Positions 13,623 through 27,559 of a DNA stretch of 64,000 bases are shown piece after piece (position 1 is the first letter of the stretch; every line of letters starts with the position of its first letter). The position numbers and the translations under genes are program-made. This DNA comes from Selaginella moellendorffii. Lineage: Eukaryota; Plantae; Lycopodiophyta. Location: the NCBI RefSeq assembly GCF_000143415.4, contig NW_003314311.1:876769-940768 (forward strand), written 5' to 3'. The notes beneath the pieces were generated by a model. The model worked only from the letters and a program-made list of their open reading frames with translations, did not search any database and had not been told where the DNA came from.

Positions 13623-15303
13623 GGTTAGCTTACTTGTTTACACCTTTTTGTAAGTTTTTTTTCTACACAGGAAGGACTATCAGAAAAAGCAGACCGAGAG
13701 ACCAATTGCTGATGTTGCTTTTGCTACTGAGAAAAGGAATATGATGCATGAAGAAAAAACTTTATGCCAATTTCAGAATGTACAACAAACTGAACATATT
13801 CACAATAGAACCTTCTACCACCAGAATGATGTTTCTTTGCTAAAATATATTCACAAGATGCTAATCATTGTCCTTAAGAATATTAGATGGTGAGGACACA
13901 GAACCTTTTCAAAGAAAAGTAACAAAGGCATTGGAATCTCATTTTGCTAATGAAATAGATATTTGGTATAAATTTGTGAGAAACATAAATTAAATACAAG
14001 CTAACTCAAAATCCGATGAATTCCAGACTATAAAATCACAAACAGCAGAGTTCCTATCAAATAAAAAGCCAGACACTGAGATCACCTCCACATTGACATT
14101 GAAGGATGCTCAGAAGGCTTTGGCTTTGGCAAACCAGCTCCTGCTTTGAAGGTAAAATCAAGCAGCAAACTTTTGTTGAGTGGGAGCCATTTTCTTAGCC
14201 TTGACAAAGTAGCACTGGCTTTTGCACCGTTATTTTAAAACATTACAGCTCTTCAACAATGCTTGCAATAGTTCCCATTTCTCTACTTGGTAGATAGAAA
14301 TAATGCTCTGCTGAATTACAATCAATTGGAATCTGCATAAACAAAAACTTACACTTGGCTTTTGTGTATACAAGATCAACTTCTAGCATACAAGATTATA
14401 CCCTGGCACAGAAACGAGCATTCTCTGTGCAAAAAATCATCCAGCACAAGGCCATTATCGCAGTCATACACCAGAAACCATGAGGAAACCAGGAGGAAGA
14501 GCGATACAGTATGGAAGAAAATACAAGATAACTGACATAGTTCAAGCAGTGTACAAGGATGACAGCAGAAGAGGTGCAGCAGTTCAAGGACTTTCATCCA
14601 CAACGAGCCATACAGTTAATGAAGGCAATTCTGCATGATTGTTTATATCTAGTGCTGCTACAGGTTGAGCATAGACTTGCTTTACGACGCCATGAACAAG
14701 ATCAAGGAGGAGACCGAATTTTCACATACCGTTTGTCTCTTCCAGCTTAACGGCTGGGGTAGGTCAAGGGTGGTTCGAGAGTTACATCAGAAACAGGTGT
14801 GGAACATTTACTTGTCGTTGGGTTCTAGCCCCTGTTATCTTCATCCTTTAGATTTTTGAAAAGGTTTCCTCAACCGTGCAAGACAGGCACTACGAAATGA
14901 AGATTACATAGGCCACCTCACATGCATGCCTTACTGTCTGGCTTATTGGAACACTGCATTGAGCAGTTGGTTGGAGCTGGTTGGATTCGTCTGATTTCAG
15001 ACAAAGAATCAGATGAAGAAAAGAAGAAATGAAAAGTGTTTTTTCTAGGGTTTGGCTTGATAGTTCTCCCTTCGCATACTCTAACAGACTTAAGCCTTCA
15101 TTTGCCCTATAAGAATCCATCAAGTTTCTACACTATGAGGAAACGAAGATCAAACTGTTTCACTATAGATCACAATGGTGTTCAGTAATTGTGTTCATAA
15201 CCAGCAAGTGTGGCTGAAATTCAAGTGTTGGAAGATAGTTTTGTGCTACAATCTGTTTCCGTGGGTGTTATAATCAAGGTTGGTCCTGATCGTTCTGAAC
15301 GGC

Positions 15304-16224
15304 TGTAACGCACCTGAATTTGGAGCTAAACTCCAAGCCCAAGCACTATGAACAAGGGTTCGGTACAATCCCATGAGCACCAACTTCCTGTATCCAGCAC
15401 CTGCATGCAAAATGGTGTCAGACAGAGTCTGGCACAATTTTGGCATACCAGTGGCCTAACACGAGGAGGAGGGTACTTCACCGACTAGAGCAGCGTGGAG
15501 CTTGGGCTTAGACCCAAGCTGGACGCAAAACAAAGAGCGACACAGCCCAGTAGGAGCCAAACTAATGTCTCAGGTGGTCGGACATACATTCTAACCACTA
15601 TCCCTATTATACATTTGGAACCCCCCATAGCCCCCTCCCCCCCCCTGAGGAACACACGCTTTGGGCTTTCACCCCAAGCTTCCTTTAGTACCAGGAGTTA
15701 GTCTCTAGGACAAGTTCGAAACTTACTAAATATGGAATGTCCTTAGATTGCGAATTTGGACATGGGACGAACACTATTGTGTTCAGGCTGACCTCTACAT
15801 TCTGTAGATATGCCAAATGAGCGAATCCAGACACTTTCCATAAATAGCATTTGGGACCAAAATGAGACTAACATAAAGGGCATGATAGCGAGGGTATTTG
15901 GTAGACACGGTAAGCTACCATCTTGCGATATTGAGGGACTAGTCTCAATACGCAAGGGTTCTTGCCAAGCCAGTGCAAGATAGAGCAAAAGAGAATTAAA
16001 AAGCTGAGCCAAGTATGCTTGGCCAAATAAACACTTAGGAATTTCATCTTTATGCTCATCCGGCCAAGTACAGATGCTAAGTTCAGTTTACTAACACTTG
16101 AACAAGAGGGGCCAATAAAGGGAACCAGCAATACCGATCTCCTGCCGTCATGACAGTAAGAAAAGAGTGTCCGTAAGGACTAGCCGACAAGTATCTCTTG
16201 ATACCCGAAGTCACATTTGCAACA
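15304..16224 (-). repeat. 3' LTR of element 15304-22669
   Basis: Direct repeat of 21741-22669, adjacent to the PPT. Confidence 0.93.
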
Positions 16225-16834
16225 CTCTCCCCCCCTTAGGGAAGATTGACGTCCTTGTTGATGTATACTTGAGTCTAGCAAACTGTCAAGGAAACAACTC
16301 TAAAAGTTAAAAGAAAGCACACTATGTGGGAAACACACTGACTTAAATGAGTTATGGAACGACTTCTCCTCTACGTCCAAAAACGCTAAGACTCAGACAC
16401 CCTCCGGCTGTCACCGACAAGGAAATGACTAACATAATTAGCCACCCTTGTTGCTCCAAGTACCACTCGGCTTACAAAGGAATGATACATCCCTGCCCAC
16501 AGGGACATAGGGAGAAGGCCAGAGGCCCAACTTCCCCTGAGCAAGAAATCAACCCCGTCGGGAAGATTTAGACAACTACTATAAACTGGTAGATTAAGTT
16601 GTTTACACGACCACGCCCATTTTCGAAAATGAGTCATCAAGAGAGAGGCGGGGACTTGTGATCAATCTATAATAGTTATCCCCATGGTTATGGATTGGAC
16701 CCATGCACTGAAGTGCCGAAGTCAGCTTGCCAAAACTGACCCAAGTACGAACGAACAAGAGAAACGACACTTTGATTGATAGAAATATATTACTTTATTG
16801 ATTTGCAAGATTTATTACAAGGTTTTTACAAAAA

Positions 16835-19800
16835 TTAGTCTTTATTACTATTCTCATACTTCGTGACAAGCTCACGAGCATGAATAAGATTACTAAGAGG
16901 CTCCCAAGTTGATTCACAAGTTGGGTAACCTTTCCACTTAACGAGATACTCCCGATGTTTGGCATGTTTAAGCTAGCGTGAATCCAAAATAGCCTCGACT
17001 TCATATTCAGGTTCACCATCCACAACGTCTGGTGGCTGACGAATCTCCCATTGATGTGCAACATCCATAGTGTAAAGAGCCAATAAATTGGCATGAAATA
17101 CATTATGAATATTGGACATCTCTGCAAGCAAATCCAACCGATAGGATACATCATCAAGACGTTTTATCGCCCGATAAGGTCCAACATATCTCGGTAATAG
17201 CTTCCGAGATAAAGATCCCTTAATGTTCAAGTTCCGAGAAGATGGCCACACCTAATCTCCCACTTGATAGGATACATCCTGATGATGTTGATCTTTATTA
17301 TGTCGATACCTATCCTGAGCTTTGCCCATCACCTCAGTAGCTCTAGACCAACCTTGGCGTAGCTGCTCCGCATAAGTCTCAACGGTTGGGACCAACGCTT
17401 CGGACATTGGTTTCGGTACAACAATCTGTTGAGGCACTCCGCGAGCATTTCCTTGCAGCATCTCCCATGGAGAACAGCCAATAGTGCTGTGAAATGTGTT
17501 GTTATAACAAATTTCTATTGTATCCAAATGCTCAACCCAATCGCATTGGTCCGCCATGATATAATACCGCAGATAATCCTCAACTTGAGCATTCACGCAT
17601 TCGTTCTGCCCATTAGTCTGAGGATGATAAGCCATACTAAATTTCAGCTTGGTATCAAACAATTGGAACAGTGTGCCCCAAAACTTCCCCGTAAACCTTG
17701 AATCTCTATCCAAAATCATCTCTTTGGGAAGACCACGAACTCACACTACTTCATGGAAAAAGAGCTTTGCTACTTGTTTCACATTCACTGTTCCCACAAT
17801 TGGAATGAAGTGTGCAATCTTCGACAACCAATCCACAACCACTATCAAAGTATCATAACCCTTAGACTTCGGCAAGCAAGTGACGAAATCAAGTGTTACA
17901 CTCTGAAATGGCCATGCCAGTGCTGGAATGCACTACAACTTTCCAGCTTGCTTCTCAACTCTGCGTTTACATTGCTGGCATATAGGGCAGGAACGGATAT
18001 AGTCCGCTACATCACCTTCCATACCAGACCAGAAAAATCCCTTTTTCAACGAAGCTAGAGTCTTTCGCTGTCCACCATGTCCCGTTGCTGGAACATCATG
18101 ATGTTCCTGCAAAAATAACTACTAAAGATCCTTAGGGGGAAGATACAATCTTTCTTGCTTATAGAATATAAGCCCATCCCTAACTGAGAAGTGAAGCTTT
18201 GCATTAGTGCGACTAGCAACTTTCGCTGCTTTGCTACCAGGGCTCTACCTCAACAACCCCACACGGCATAAGATTGCCTTCACCAATGGATCACTACCAT
18301 ACGAACCCTAAACATCCTCCAACCAGTCCGAACTGATTGCCGATATTGCCCGGAATTGAGCTTGACGACTCAACGCATCCGGAACAATATTGTCTTTACC
18401 AGGTTTATATATGATTTCAATATCATATCTAGCAAGCTTCTTTTGCCAACGAGCCTGCTTCAGCGTAAGCTTAGGCTACGTAGCAAAATAGCTCAGTGTG
18501 TTATTATTTGTATAAACCTTGGTATGTCCACCCAAGTAGTGTCTCCAGTGTTCCAGGGCCGACACTATAGCAAACATCTCTTTCTCATGAGTTGGCCATC
18601 TTCGTTGAGTTTCATCCAATTTCTTGGAATAGAACGCAACGGGACAACCATGTCGCCTTAGCGTAACACCAACCGCTTTGTCACAATCTTGTTGCAACAC
18701 GGCACCAATAGCATAGCCAAACGCATCACAATGCACTTTGAAAGGTTTATCAAGATTTGGAATCTTGAGAACAGGAACTGTAGTCAAGATCTCCTTCAAT
18801 CATACAAAAGCACGCTGGCAAGCTGGTGTCCAATGAAATGGAATACTACTCTTCGTCAACTCAGTCAACGGAAGAGCAATTCTTGCAAAATTGCAGACAA
18901 ACTTGCGATAGTATCCCGCCAAACCGAGAAAGGATCGAACATCTGATACAGTGGTCGAGACTTCCCAAGACTTCACCGCTTCCACCTTCTTTGGATCGAC
19001 CTCAATCATGCCACCACCAACTATATGTCCAAGAAAGTTTACATGCAATTGACCAAAAGTGCATTTACTTTCTTTAGCATACAGTTTATGTTCACGCAAC
19101 TTCTGAAACACCAGCTCCAAGTATTTCAAATGATCCTCCAACGTTTCACTGAAGACTAGAACATCGTCGATATATAGGACAATAAATGTGTCCAAATAAT
19201 CTCCAAATATTCTATCCATCATAGTACTGAACGTTGCCGGAGCATTGCACAACCCGAACAGCATGACAAGGAACTCATAAGATCCATACCAAGTCTTAAA
19301 GGCTATCTTCTCTACATCCTGATCTGCCACCCGTATCTGATGATACCCAAACCGCAAATCAAGTCACATAAAATACTTAGCCTTTAAGAGTTGGTCAAAC
19401 AAGTCATCAATGTGAGGTAAAGGATAATTGTTCTTGACTATGATTTTGTTAAGTGCCCGATAGTCAATACACATCCTCATGGTTCCATCCTTTTTTATAA
19501 CGAAAAGACCGGCACTCCATAAGGTGACTTGCTTGGTCGGATATGACTTTTGTCAAAAAGCTCTATGAGTTGCTTCTTGAGTTCAGCCATCTCCTTGATG
19601 TTCAATCGATATGGAGCCTTCGTAGGTGGTTTAGAACCCGGAATAACCTCAATCCAATGATCAACCTCACGGCTAGGAGGTAGCCCTGGCAGCAAATCCT
19701 TCGGGAAGATATTCTGATTCTTCGCCAACAATTTCAGTATCTCCTTTGGTACAAGATCAACCTCGTCGCTGATTCGAACTAAGTCACCAATATCCTTAGC

Positions 19801-21549
19801 TTCCATCACTTGAACTCAAAAGGTCCGACATCCCCTCTTAGCTGGTTTTTGAACAGCCCTCGCAGTCAGGAACTTAGCATCCGAATCCTTTGAGGAGTGC
19901 CTTTGCAACTGAATGGACACATCGGGACGTTCTTCTGACTTCAACGTGATACGACTTTGTCCAGCACCATAAATCCCTTTTATATACTTGTTGAAGAAAT
20001 CCATACCAAACACCATATGAAAATTTGGTATCTTCAACACTACCAAGTCCACTCTTTCTTTCCACTTGGATATCTTTATTGGAACATCACTCACAAACTT
20101 TCTGGCTATTTGCCCACCTTCCGCAAACCAGAAGTGCATAGGCGACATTTGCTCAGCATTCAATCCTAACAACTTAACTAAGTCTTCAGATATCACGCTG
20201 TGCATAGCTCCCGTGTCAATCATCACTCGAATTCGGTGTCCACAGAAAAAGCCTACCAGATACATCAACGGATCAATGTTTGCATTGATTGCAAGAAAAG
20301 CTTGAGGAAAGCAACGAAAGTTACTCACCTCCTCTTCCTCATAGTTTACATTGACCAACTCATCAACTCCTTCAGCTTCACCACCACCGTCTTCCCTCAT
20401 GACATTAACCCGAGACATTGTCTTATGCTTGTTGGGACAATCCGAAGANNNNNNNNNNNNNNNNNNNNNNNNNNNNNNNNNNNNNNNNNNNNNNNNNNNN
20501 NNNNNNNNNNNNNNNNNNNNNNNNNNNNNNNNNNNNNNNNNNNNNNNNNNNNNNNNNNNNNNNNNNNNNNNNNNNNNNNNNNNNNNNNNNNNNNNNNNNN
20601 NNNNNNNNNNNNNNNNNNNNNNNNNNNNNNNNNNNNNNNNNNNNNNNNNNNNNNNNNNNNNNNNNNNNNNNNNNNNNNNNNNNNNNNNNNNNNNNNNNNN
20701 NNNNNNNNNNNNNNNNNNNNNNNNNNNNNNNNNNNNNNNNNNNNNNNNNNNNNNNNNNNNNNNNNNNNNNNNNNNNNNNNNNNNNNNNNNNNNTGGCTTA
20801 AACTTCAAAATCTCATTACGAGAAAGTGAACTTAAACCCTCCAGGAAATAACTCTAAGCATCTTCGTCACTCATATTTGCAATCATAATGTGCTTTTGAG
20901 CAAACGCATTAACATAATGCATAAGATCCCCTCGCTGCTTTAACCGCCGCAGCTCCGCGTGAAGTCTCAGACCAAGATCATCCGGCAAGTATTCCTTATG
21001 GATACAAGACCACATCTTGGTCCAACTTCTAGTCTGCCCTTTTTCAGCACACACCTGGTGCCACCAAGTCTTGGCATGATCGGTGAGAAAGGATTGCATG
21101 TACGCAACTTTCATACGATCATCTACGTCTGCCACTATGAAATAGTTTTGCATATCGTAGACCTAATCCTCCAAAACTTGATAGTTCTGCATGCCTCTGA
21201 AGTTGGGTGGTTTTGGAGGCTTGAACTTTGAAACTCGTGCAACCGGAGGAGGCTACAGAACTTCATCATCCTCAGAACTTGAAGAGAAGTCTGGTTGCTT
21301 AGGCTTAGCTGGTTTAGCTGTCTCAGCTTCTTTCTTCCTCTTCTTGTTCTCCTTCTTCAATTTGCGAATCTCCCTTCGCAAATTCTCCATCTTGACTTCC
21401 TGAGCCATACACTACAGCGCCGTAGCATCTGGCTCTTCCTCTTCTGACTTAGCCTCTACCTCTTCTGCAACATCTCTAGAAGGAGTTTCCTCCTCTTGAT
21501 TCACCTGTCTAGAGGTTTCAGCGTCATCAGCATGGTTCCTCTTTACCAT
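16835..21549 (-). pseudogene. gag-pol polyprotein (disrupted)
   Basis: Motifs include PR IDTGA, RT YIDD, RH CDAFG, INT YHPQTNGQNE and chromodomain EYEVEAILDSR. Multiple stops and frameshifts; N gap at 20449-20793. Confidence 0.92.
20449..20793. other. Assembly gap or masked run (345 N)
   Basis: Directly visible. Confidence 0.99.
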
Positions 21550-21740
21550 CCTACTAGCTACATGCATGCCTCTATTAGTAACTGAACATGCATACAAAGT
21601 TCTTACCAGATGGCGCAATCCAACTAATCCTACACAGGTCGCTTCGGATCTACTAGAAAAGTCTCTGCGTATGCAACTTGAGTCAAAAAATCCAACAAAA
21701 GTTGGATAGGAATCGCTGAGACAATTCCTCTGATACCAAA

Positions 21741-22669
21741 TGTAGTGCACCTGAATTTGGAGCTGAACTCTAAGCCCGTTGCGCTACGAACGAGGGTCCG
21801 GTACAATCCCACGAGCACCAGCTCCCCGTATCCAGCACCTGCACGCAAAATGGTGTCAGATGGAGTCTGGTACAGTTTTGGCATACTGGTGGCCTAACGT
21901 GAGGAGGAGGGTACTCCACCGACTAGAGCAGCGTGGATCTTGAGCTTAGACCCAAATCAAACGCAAAATAAAGAGCGACACAACCTAGTGGGAGCCAAAC
22001 TAATGTCTCAGATGGTCGGACATGCATTCCAACCACTATCCCTACTATACATTTGGAAACCCCCCATAGCCCCCCCCCCCCCCCCCCCCCTGAGGAACAC
22101 ATGCTTTGGGCTTTCACCCCAAGCCTCCCTTAGTACCAGGAGTTAGTCTCTGGGACAAGCTTGAAACTTACTAAATATGAAATATCCTTAGATTGTGAAT
22201 TTGGACACGGGATGAACACCATTGTGTTCAGGCCGACTTCTACATTCTGTAGATATGCCAAATGAGCGAATCCAGACACTTTCCATTAATAGCATTTGAG
22301 ACCAAAATGAGACTAACATAAAGGGTGTGATAGCGAGGGTGTTTGGCAGACACAGTAAGCTACCATCCTGTGATATTGAGGGACTAGTCTCAATACGCGA
22401 GGGTTCTTGCCAAGCCAGTGCAAGACAAAGCAAAAAAGAACTAAAAAGCCGGGCCAAGTATGCTTGGCCAAATAGACACTTAAGAATTCCGTCCTTATGC
22501 TCATTTGGCTAAGTATAAATGCTAAGTCCAATTTACTAACACTTGAACAAGAGGGGCCAATAAAGGGAACCAGCAATACTGATCTCCTGCCGTCATGACA
22601 GTAAGGAAAGAGTGTCCGTAAGGATTAGCTGACAAGTATCTTTCGATACCCGAAATCACATTCGCGACA
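21741..22669 (-). repeat. 5' LTR of element 15304-22669
   Basis: Adjacent to the PBS; direct repeat of 15304-16224. Confidence 0.93.
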
Positions 22670-23344
22670 ATGGCGATCAGCTAACCAACCGACTGTGGTT
22701 ATTGACCGGCTCGTGAAAGTGCCGAACGGCCGAACGGTTCACAAATTTTTTTTTATTAAAAAAAACATTTTTAGTAAAACCACACTAATAAAACTTAGCA
22801 AATAAGAAGTGAGCTTAGCAACATGGGATCATGCCCAATCAGGTGCCATTGCTCAACTGTGCCAAAATTGCTAGAATTGCTAGAATCAAATCTTTGAAAT
22901 CACTGAAATCGTAATTTCCATTTTAGGGCAAAAATTACAGTTCAAGTGTCGCAGACTAGGCGATTTGCAAGGCCTCAGTGAGCTGCTCCATGCTCAATCG
23001 AAAGTGGAGGCCGACTGACTGGAGAGTGTGGCCTTGTAGAGCTCGGTATGCATGCAACTCCTATAGCCCTCTTGGTTGGATTCAATGGGCTAGGCATTTG
23101 TGGATGAATGGATTGCTCCATAGCAGCAAGAGAACCAGCAAAGTGGTGGAGATGCAGTGGCGATGGCGATAGCCACAGCAGCATTGGAAATCTAGCCCCC
23201 GCAAGCACGATTGCCATTATAATCGCCGAACGGAATCACCAAATGGAGCTGTCTGACTGCATTTGGTGGCAGTCGGGATTCTGGCCAAACGCGCTCGGGA
23301 CCAACAATCCTCTTTCTTTATAACATTGGTAACAAAGGGAAAGG

Positions 23345-23610
23345 CCTAGAAAAACACCTATGTCTAGACTTGGACCATACTGAGTCAGTTCTCTGTGATT
23401 TGCAAGTCATGGAACTTCATCATCAGCAATTCATCCTTTTGCTGTCTGCAGTATCAAAATAGTAGAGCAAAGATTCCTTGCGTGTTATGACTACCTCCTT
23501 GGATGTGATGCACTGAGCCTGGGATCCATTATGGGTGAACCACTTTGAGAAGTTTGCAAAACCTTCACAGGGCATTTATGTCTTTGCTTCTGCAGGTGGC
23601 TTGGGATGAA
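23345..23610 (+). pseudogene. F-box gene fragment
   Basis: LEKHL..TILSQFSVICKSWNFIISNSSF fits the F-box consensus L.RF..VCK.W..+I.S..F, with YVFASAGGL downstream. Confidence 0.55.
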
Positions 23611-24295
23611 TCGACAAGGCCATGATTCCTTTAAGTTTTCTAGAGCACCTGCTAGAGGGAAAGAGGAGCCGTGTATTGCCACAGTTGTTTTTAAACATGA
23701 AGACCGGTAGATAGTGGAAAGGGCTTTCGGTCAGTAGTGGAGAATCAGATAAAAAAAAGAAATTGAACAAGAACTTAAGTTTCTTGAGAAGATAAACTAC
23801 TTTTGTCACTAACTCCTCTGGAGCTGGAGGAGGAAGATAAAGTCGTGATATTTTTTTCCACTAATACAAGATTAAATTTTATTATTTCAACCAATGCATA
23901 TGCATCAAGGCAGTGATAACAATGTTGCCAACGGTTTGAGAAATGTCAACATTATATAGCAGATAGCACTGAGAAAGACTAGCGTGAGCGATCATGAAGT
24001 GCACGGATGATGGGATCAGAAAGGTCAAAGAAAATTTGAAAGAGGAACTAGTGTTGTGTGTGACGAATATAGATTCAAAGCCTGGTGCTTTGACCAAGAA
24101 GTTCTCTGTCATGGATGACAGAGAAATACTCGAGGCAATTGCATCACACTGAGTTTCAAGTTTAATAGATTCATGTGGCACCTGTCTGAATTCTTCTGTA
24201 AAATTCCTGGACTACACTTTCCTTGAGACAAATGTGGAAACAGTAACTATATTTTCCTTTTGACAAAGCATTTTAAACACCAAAATATTCTGTAG

Positions 24296-24948
24296 GTCAT
24301 TGATTGTTTCGGATGCATGCTTCCTGGATAGTGGAGTATGGAAGCGCCACCATTCTTATTGAACCAGAAATGGAAGTAGTGGCTGATTTGAGAGAATGGA
24401 TGACATTGTACTACAATGTCACTAACTTCATACATTTAAGCACTTCATCATCCAGACAGATTATTAGCTGCACCACTACTTTATCAAAGATATCAAATAT
24501 GCAGCTAAAGGTGTTAGAGAATTCCCCTATTTATAGAGTGATAGCTACTGTGAAGGAAATGAAAACAGATGAGTTTTACTATAATGCATGCATTAATGTC
24601 ATAAATGCATGGCAATGTGGCGAAAAAACTACCCAAACAGCAGATGGCTAATTTTGTAGTTATTGCAATATTGAGTCTGCCAATATAGAGTTCAAGTATG
24701 CTCTAAAGATGTGCATTGAAGATAATAGCAGTCATGTGTGGGCCATTGCATTTCAAGAGGCTGCACAGGAAATAGTGGGAATGCTAGCAAAGGAACTAGC
24801 TATAATGAGAGATGAGAACTATCTTGCATTCTCACTACATATCGATGGTATACGCTTGAAGATTTACAATTTCAAAATCCGGAGCAAGCTTGAAAAATAC
24901 CAAGACATGGAGAAGCTCAAGTTCTATATACTCAGACTTGACACCTAA
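24296..24948 (+). pseudogene. RPA70 (replication protein A1) C-terminal OB-fold fragment, Helitron-type
   Basis: ATVKEMKTDEFYYNAC..QCGEKT..DG*FCSYC..KYALKMCIEDNSSHVWAIAFQEAAQEIVG corresponds to DBD-C with a 4-Cys Zn ribbon. One in-frame stop. Confidence 0.85.
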
Positions 24949-25573
24949 GGTATGCAGATTCCATTCTAATCTTTTACATGTTTTTGATATATTTATCTGT
25001 GTTTTGTTTTGTAGTTACATGGAACTTGCAAAATAAATAAATAAAACACACCTCCTAGCAAACATCAGCTCTATTTGATGGTTATTTGTAGCAAGAAAGA
25101 AATGGCAGGATACAAAAACTAAAAAGGGAAAGAACAACAGTGCATGATTCTCAAGTGGACAATAAATGACAAATGCATTAATAGTATCAGAATTTAGTAT
25201 GTTATAATAAACAAACACATAGTCCACCAGTAAATATAGTTATTTATACTTTGACACTCATCGCTTGCAAATGCAAAACAAGCTATTCATTACCAAAAAT
25301 CCCATTACCATGCCATCTCATTAACTGCTCTTACTTCTGAAATGCCCAAATATATGATTAAGCCACCTCATCATGTGTTAAATAATCATTTTAAGCTTTG
25401 AGTCTAAGCCTATATTATTCTATTCCAGCAAACCATTTAAGAAATAGTGTTTAGTTGCAATCATAAAGGAAGTTAAAACTAAATAAACCAAATGCTTGTT
25501 ACATATTGAAGAGCTTAAGCAAGTTTTAATAAATTGTCATCTAATTATCCCAGCGGAGCTAGGTTCCCTGCTA

Positions 25574-25574
<1 letters not shown>

Positions 25575-25606
<32 letters not shown>

Positions 25607-25808
25607 CCTATATACATATATACATACATATACATATACACATACACATATACATATACATATACACATATATATATATATACACATATACACATACACA
25701 GTAGACATATATATATATAGATACACATACACATATACACATACACATATACATATACACATACACATATACATATACACATACACATATAAATATACAC
25801 ATATACAT

Positions 25809-25841
<33 letters not shown>

Positions 25842-26116
25842 TATATACATATATATACATATATACATATATATATATACATATATACATATATATATAT
25901 ATATACATACACACATACATATACACACATACATACATATACACACACATACACATACATACACACATACATACACACACACATACATACATACATACAT
26001 ACATATACATACATATATATACATATATACATACATACATACATACATATACATATATACATACATACATACATACATACATATACATATATACATACAT
26101 ACATACATACATATAC

Positions 26117-26149
<33 letters not shown>

Positions 26150-26202
26150 CATATATACATATACATATATATACATATACATATATATATATATACATAT
26201 AC

Positions 26203-26233
<31 letters not shown>

Positions 26234-26247
26234 CACATATACATATA
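25575..26247. repeat. Compound (TG)n/(TA)n/(CA)n/(TACA)n microsatellite
   Basis: Directly visible; it accounts for the low-complexity ORFs at 25496-26306. Confidence 0.97.
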
Positions 26248-26249
26248 TA

Positions 26250-26990
26250 GTAGTGGATTTTGGTAGCCATTGGATTAGTTTCCATTCATTCCTATATATA
26301 AGTTAGGGTATTTAGGCTAATCAAATATAATTTAAATTACCATATTCAATGCATTCACATTGGTGGAAATGAAAGGCAATTTTAATTGTTCTTAAGAAGT
26401 GCTTGAATTTGTGTTTTTTAGTTTCAATTTAGTTTTTGCATCATCCAAACCTCTTTTATTCTTATAACTTTTTCCATTCCTTCTTTTTTTCTTTTTTTCT
26501 TTTCATTTGCCTTTATGGTAGAGTAGTAGCTTCCTTCTTTGACTTTGGAGTAGCAATTAATATAGTTGCTTGATGTTATATGGTTGTAATTGAACAATCA
26601 GACTCAATTGATGATGGCATTTATAACATGTAGTACAACTCCTTTTACTTTTGTTGTCAATCCTTGTATGAAGCCAAAATTCTTCCATAGGAATCTTAGG
26701 GATAATGTGTACCATTGGTTCAATCACTTTACAGTAATTACCACTTATCATTCTTAGGATGATGCAAAGTGTTTGTATGAGTTTCCTATATGTTTCTAAG
26801 GGATATATTGTAGTGGTACAATGGTTTGAGTGCAGCCATTTATATGGATTAGAGTCTTCTCTTGGATGTCTTCAAGCGCACATTTGGATATATTGACAAT
26901 TATAATAATGCTTTCTAACAACTACATTGTCTTTGTTAAAGGTTGTTAGAGTCAGTTATGCAATTTGATATTTGCTTCCAGAGCCTCTTG
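26250..26990 (+). mobile_element. Gypsy 5'UTR/gag relic
   Basis: Homologous to 54640-55260 and to the reverse complement of ~1330-1760 (e.g. gagtagtagc.tcct..tttgact.t.gagtag). Confidence 0.55.
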
Positions 26991-27559
26991 TAATAGAATG
27001 TAAGATCTAGAATTACTTTACTATACTTTAGTATTGTCTCTTTTAAAAGATAAAAGAAATTATAATGAAATAATATTAATTATAGATAATATACCTTGTT
27101 CTAGACGATGCTATCATATCATATACAATTGTTTACAAGATATTGAAGGAGGAGATGGCAACACACAAGTGCTACAAAATGATGATGATAGGTGAGAATG
27201 ATAATTTGCAATTATGATATTTGACACTGATATTATTACTGACATTTGACATTGTCATTAACATCTGACACTTTCATAAGCATTTAACATATAACAAGCT
27301 TTTCATTTCATGTAAAGATGCAATTAACTTTCTTCTATCTCATCATTAACATATTAATTCCTTTTATGCCTCCTCCCATATTGGTAGGAGAAGATTCATT
27401 TGCATTTGTTAAGCCATAGCTTCTGTTAGGGAGACTTCCAAAGCCTCCAATTTTAGAAACTCTAAGTGACTATAATCTATAAGATCTATATGTATTGAAA
27501 TCTTAATAAACATAATTTACCTCTTTGAGGTTGAAGACAATTCACAAAATCCTTTGAGT

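Larger units (their letters stand above)
15304..22669 (-). mobile_element. Full-length Ty3/gypsy chromovirus LTR retrotransposon (inactive), nested in the Helitron
   Basis: LTRs at 15304-16224 and 21741-22669 (TG...CA), TSD acggc/atggc, tRNA-iMet PBS (tggtatcagag on the minus strand, 21728-21738), PPT at 16225-16240, and domain order gag-PR-RT-RH-INT-chromo. Confidence 0.95.
8108..25574 (+). mobile_element. Non-autonomous Helitron with captured gene fragments
   Basis: The 3' end has a cccagc-gga-gctagg hairpin (25549-25563) followed by CTAG|T (25571-25575). The candidate 5' TC lies at 8108, followed by a microsatellite and tactcctttatttaaaag. The interior holds a RepHel N-terminal fragment and RPA70, and all recognised captured fragments are on the + strand. 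The 5' boundary is approximate. Confidence 0.75.

Noticed and set aside
13660-15250. Further exon-like Helitron cargo
   Set aside because: GT-AG-like boundaries are present, but no protein family is recognisable in any frame.
15644-15725. Hammerhead ribozyme (retrozyme) suggested by CTGAGGA...GAAAC in the LTR
   Set aside because: No stem II closing the core, it is antisense to the element, and CTGAGGA is not conserved in the sister LTRs (cttgaggg).
15262-23328. hAT-like non-autonomous element hosting the first chromovirus (tgttataa..gttggtcc inverted at ~15266 and ~23297-23326)
   Set aside because: Only short imperfect inverted matches and no 8-bp TSD; too weak to call.
25496-26306. Long ORFs rich in Y/I/H/T/C/V/M in several frames
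   Set aside because: Translation of a dinucleotide microsatellite with few stop codons.
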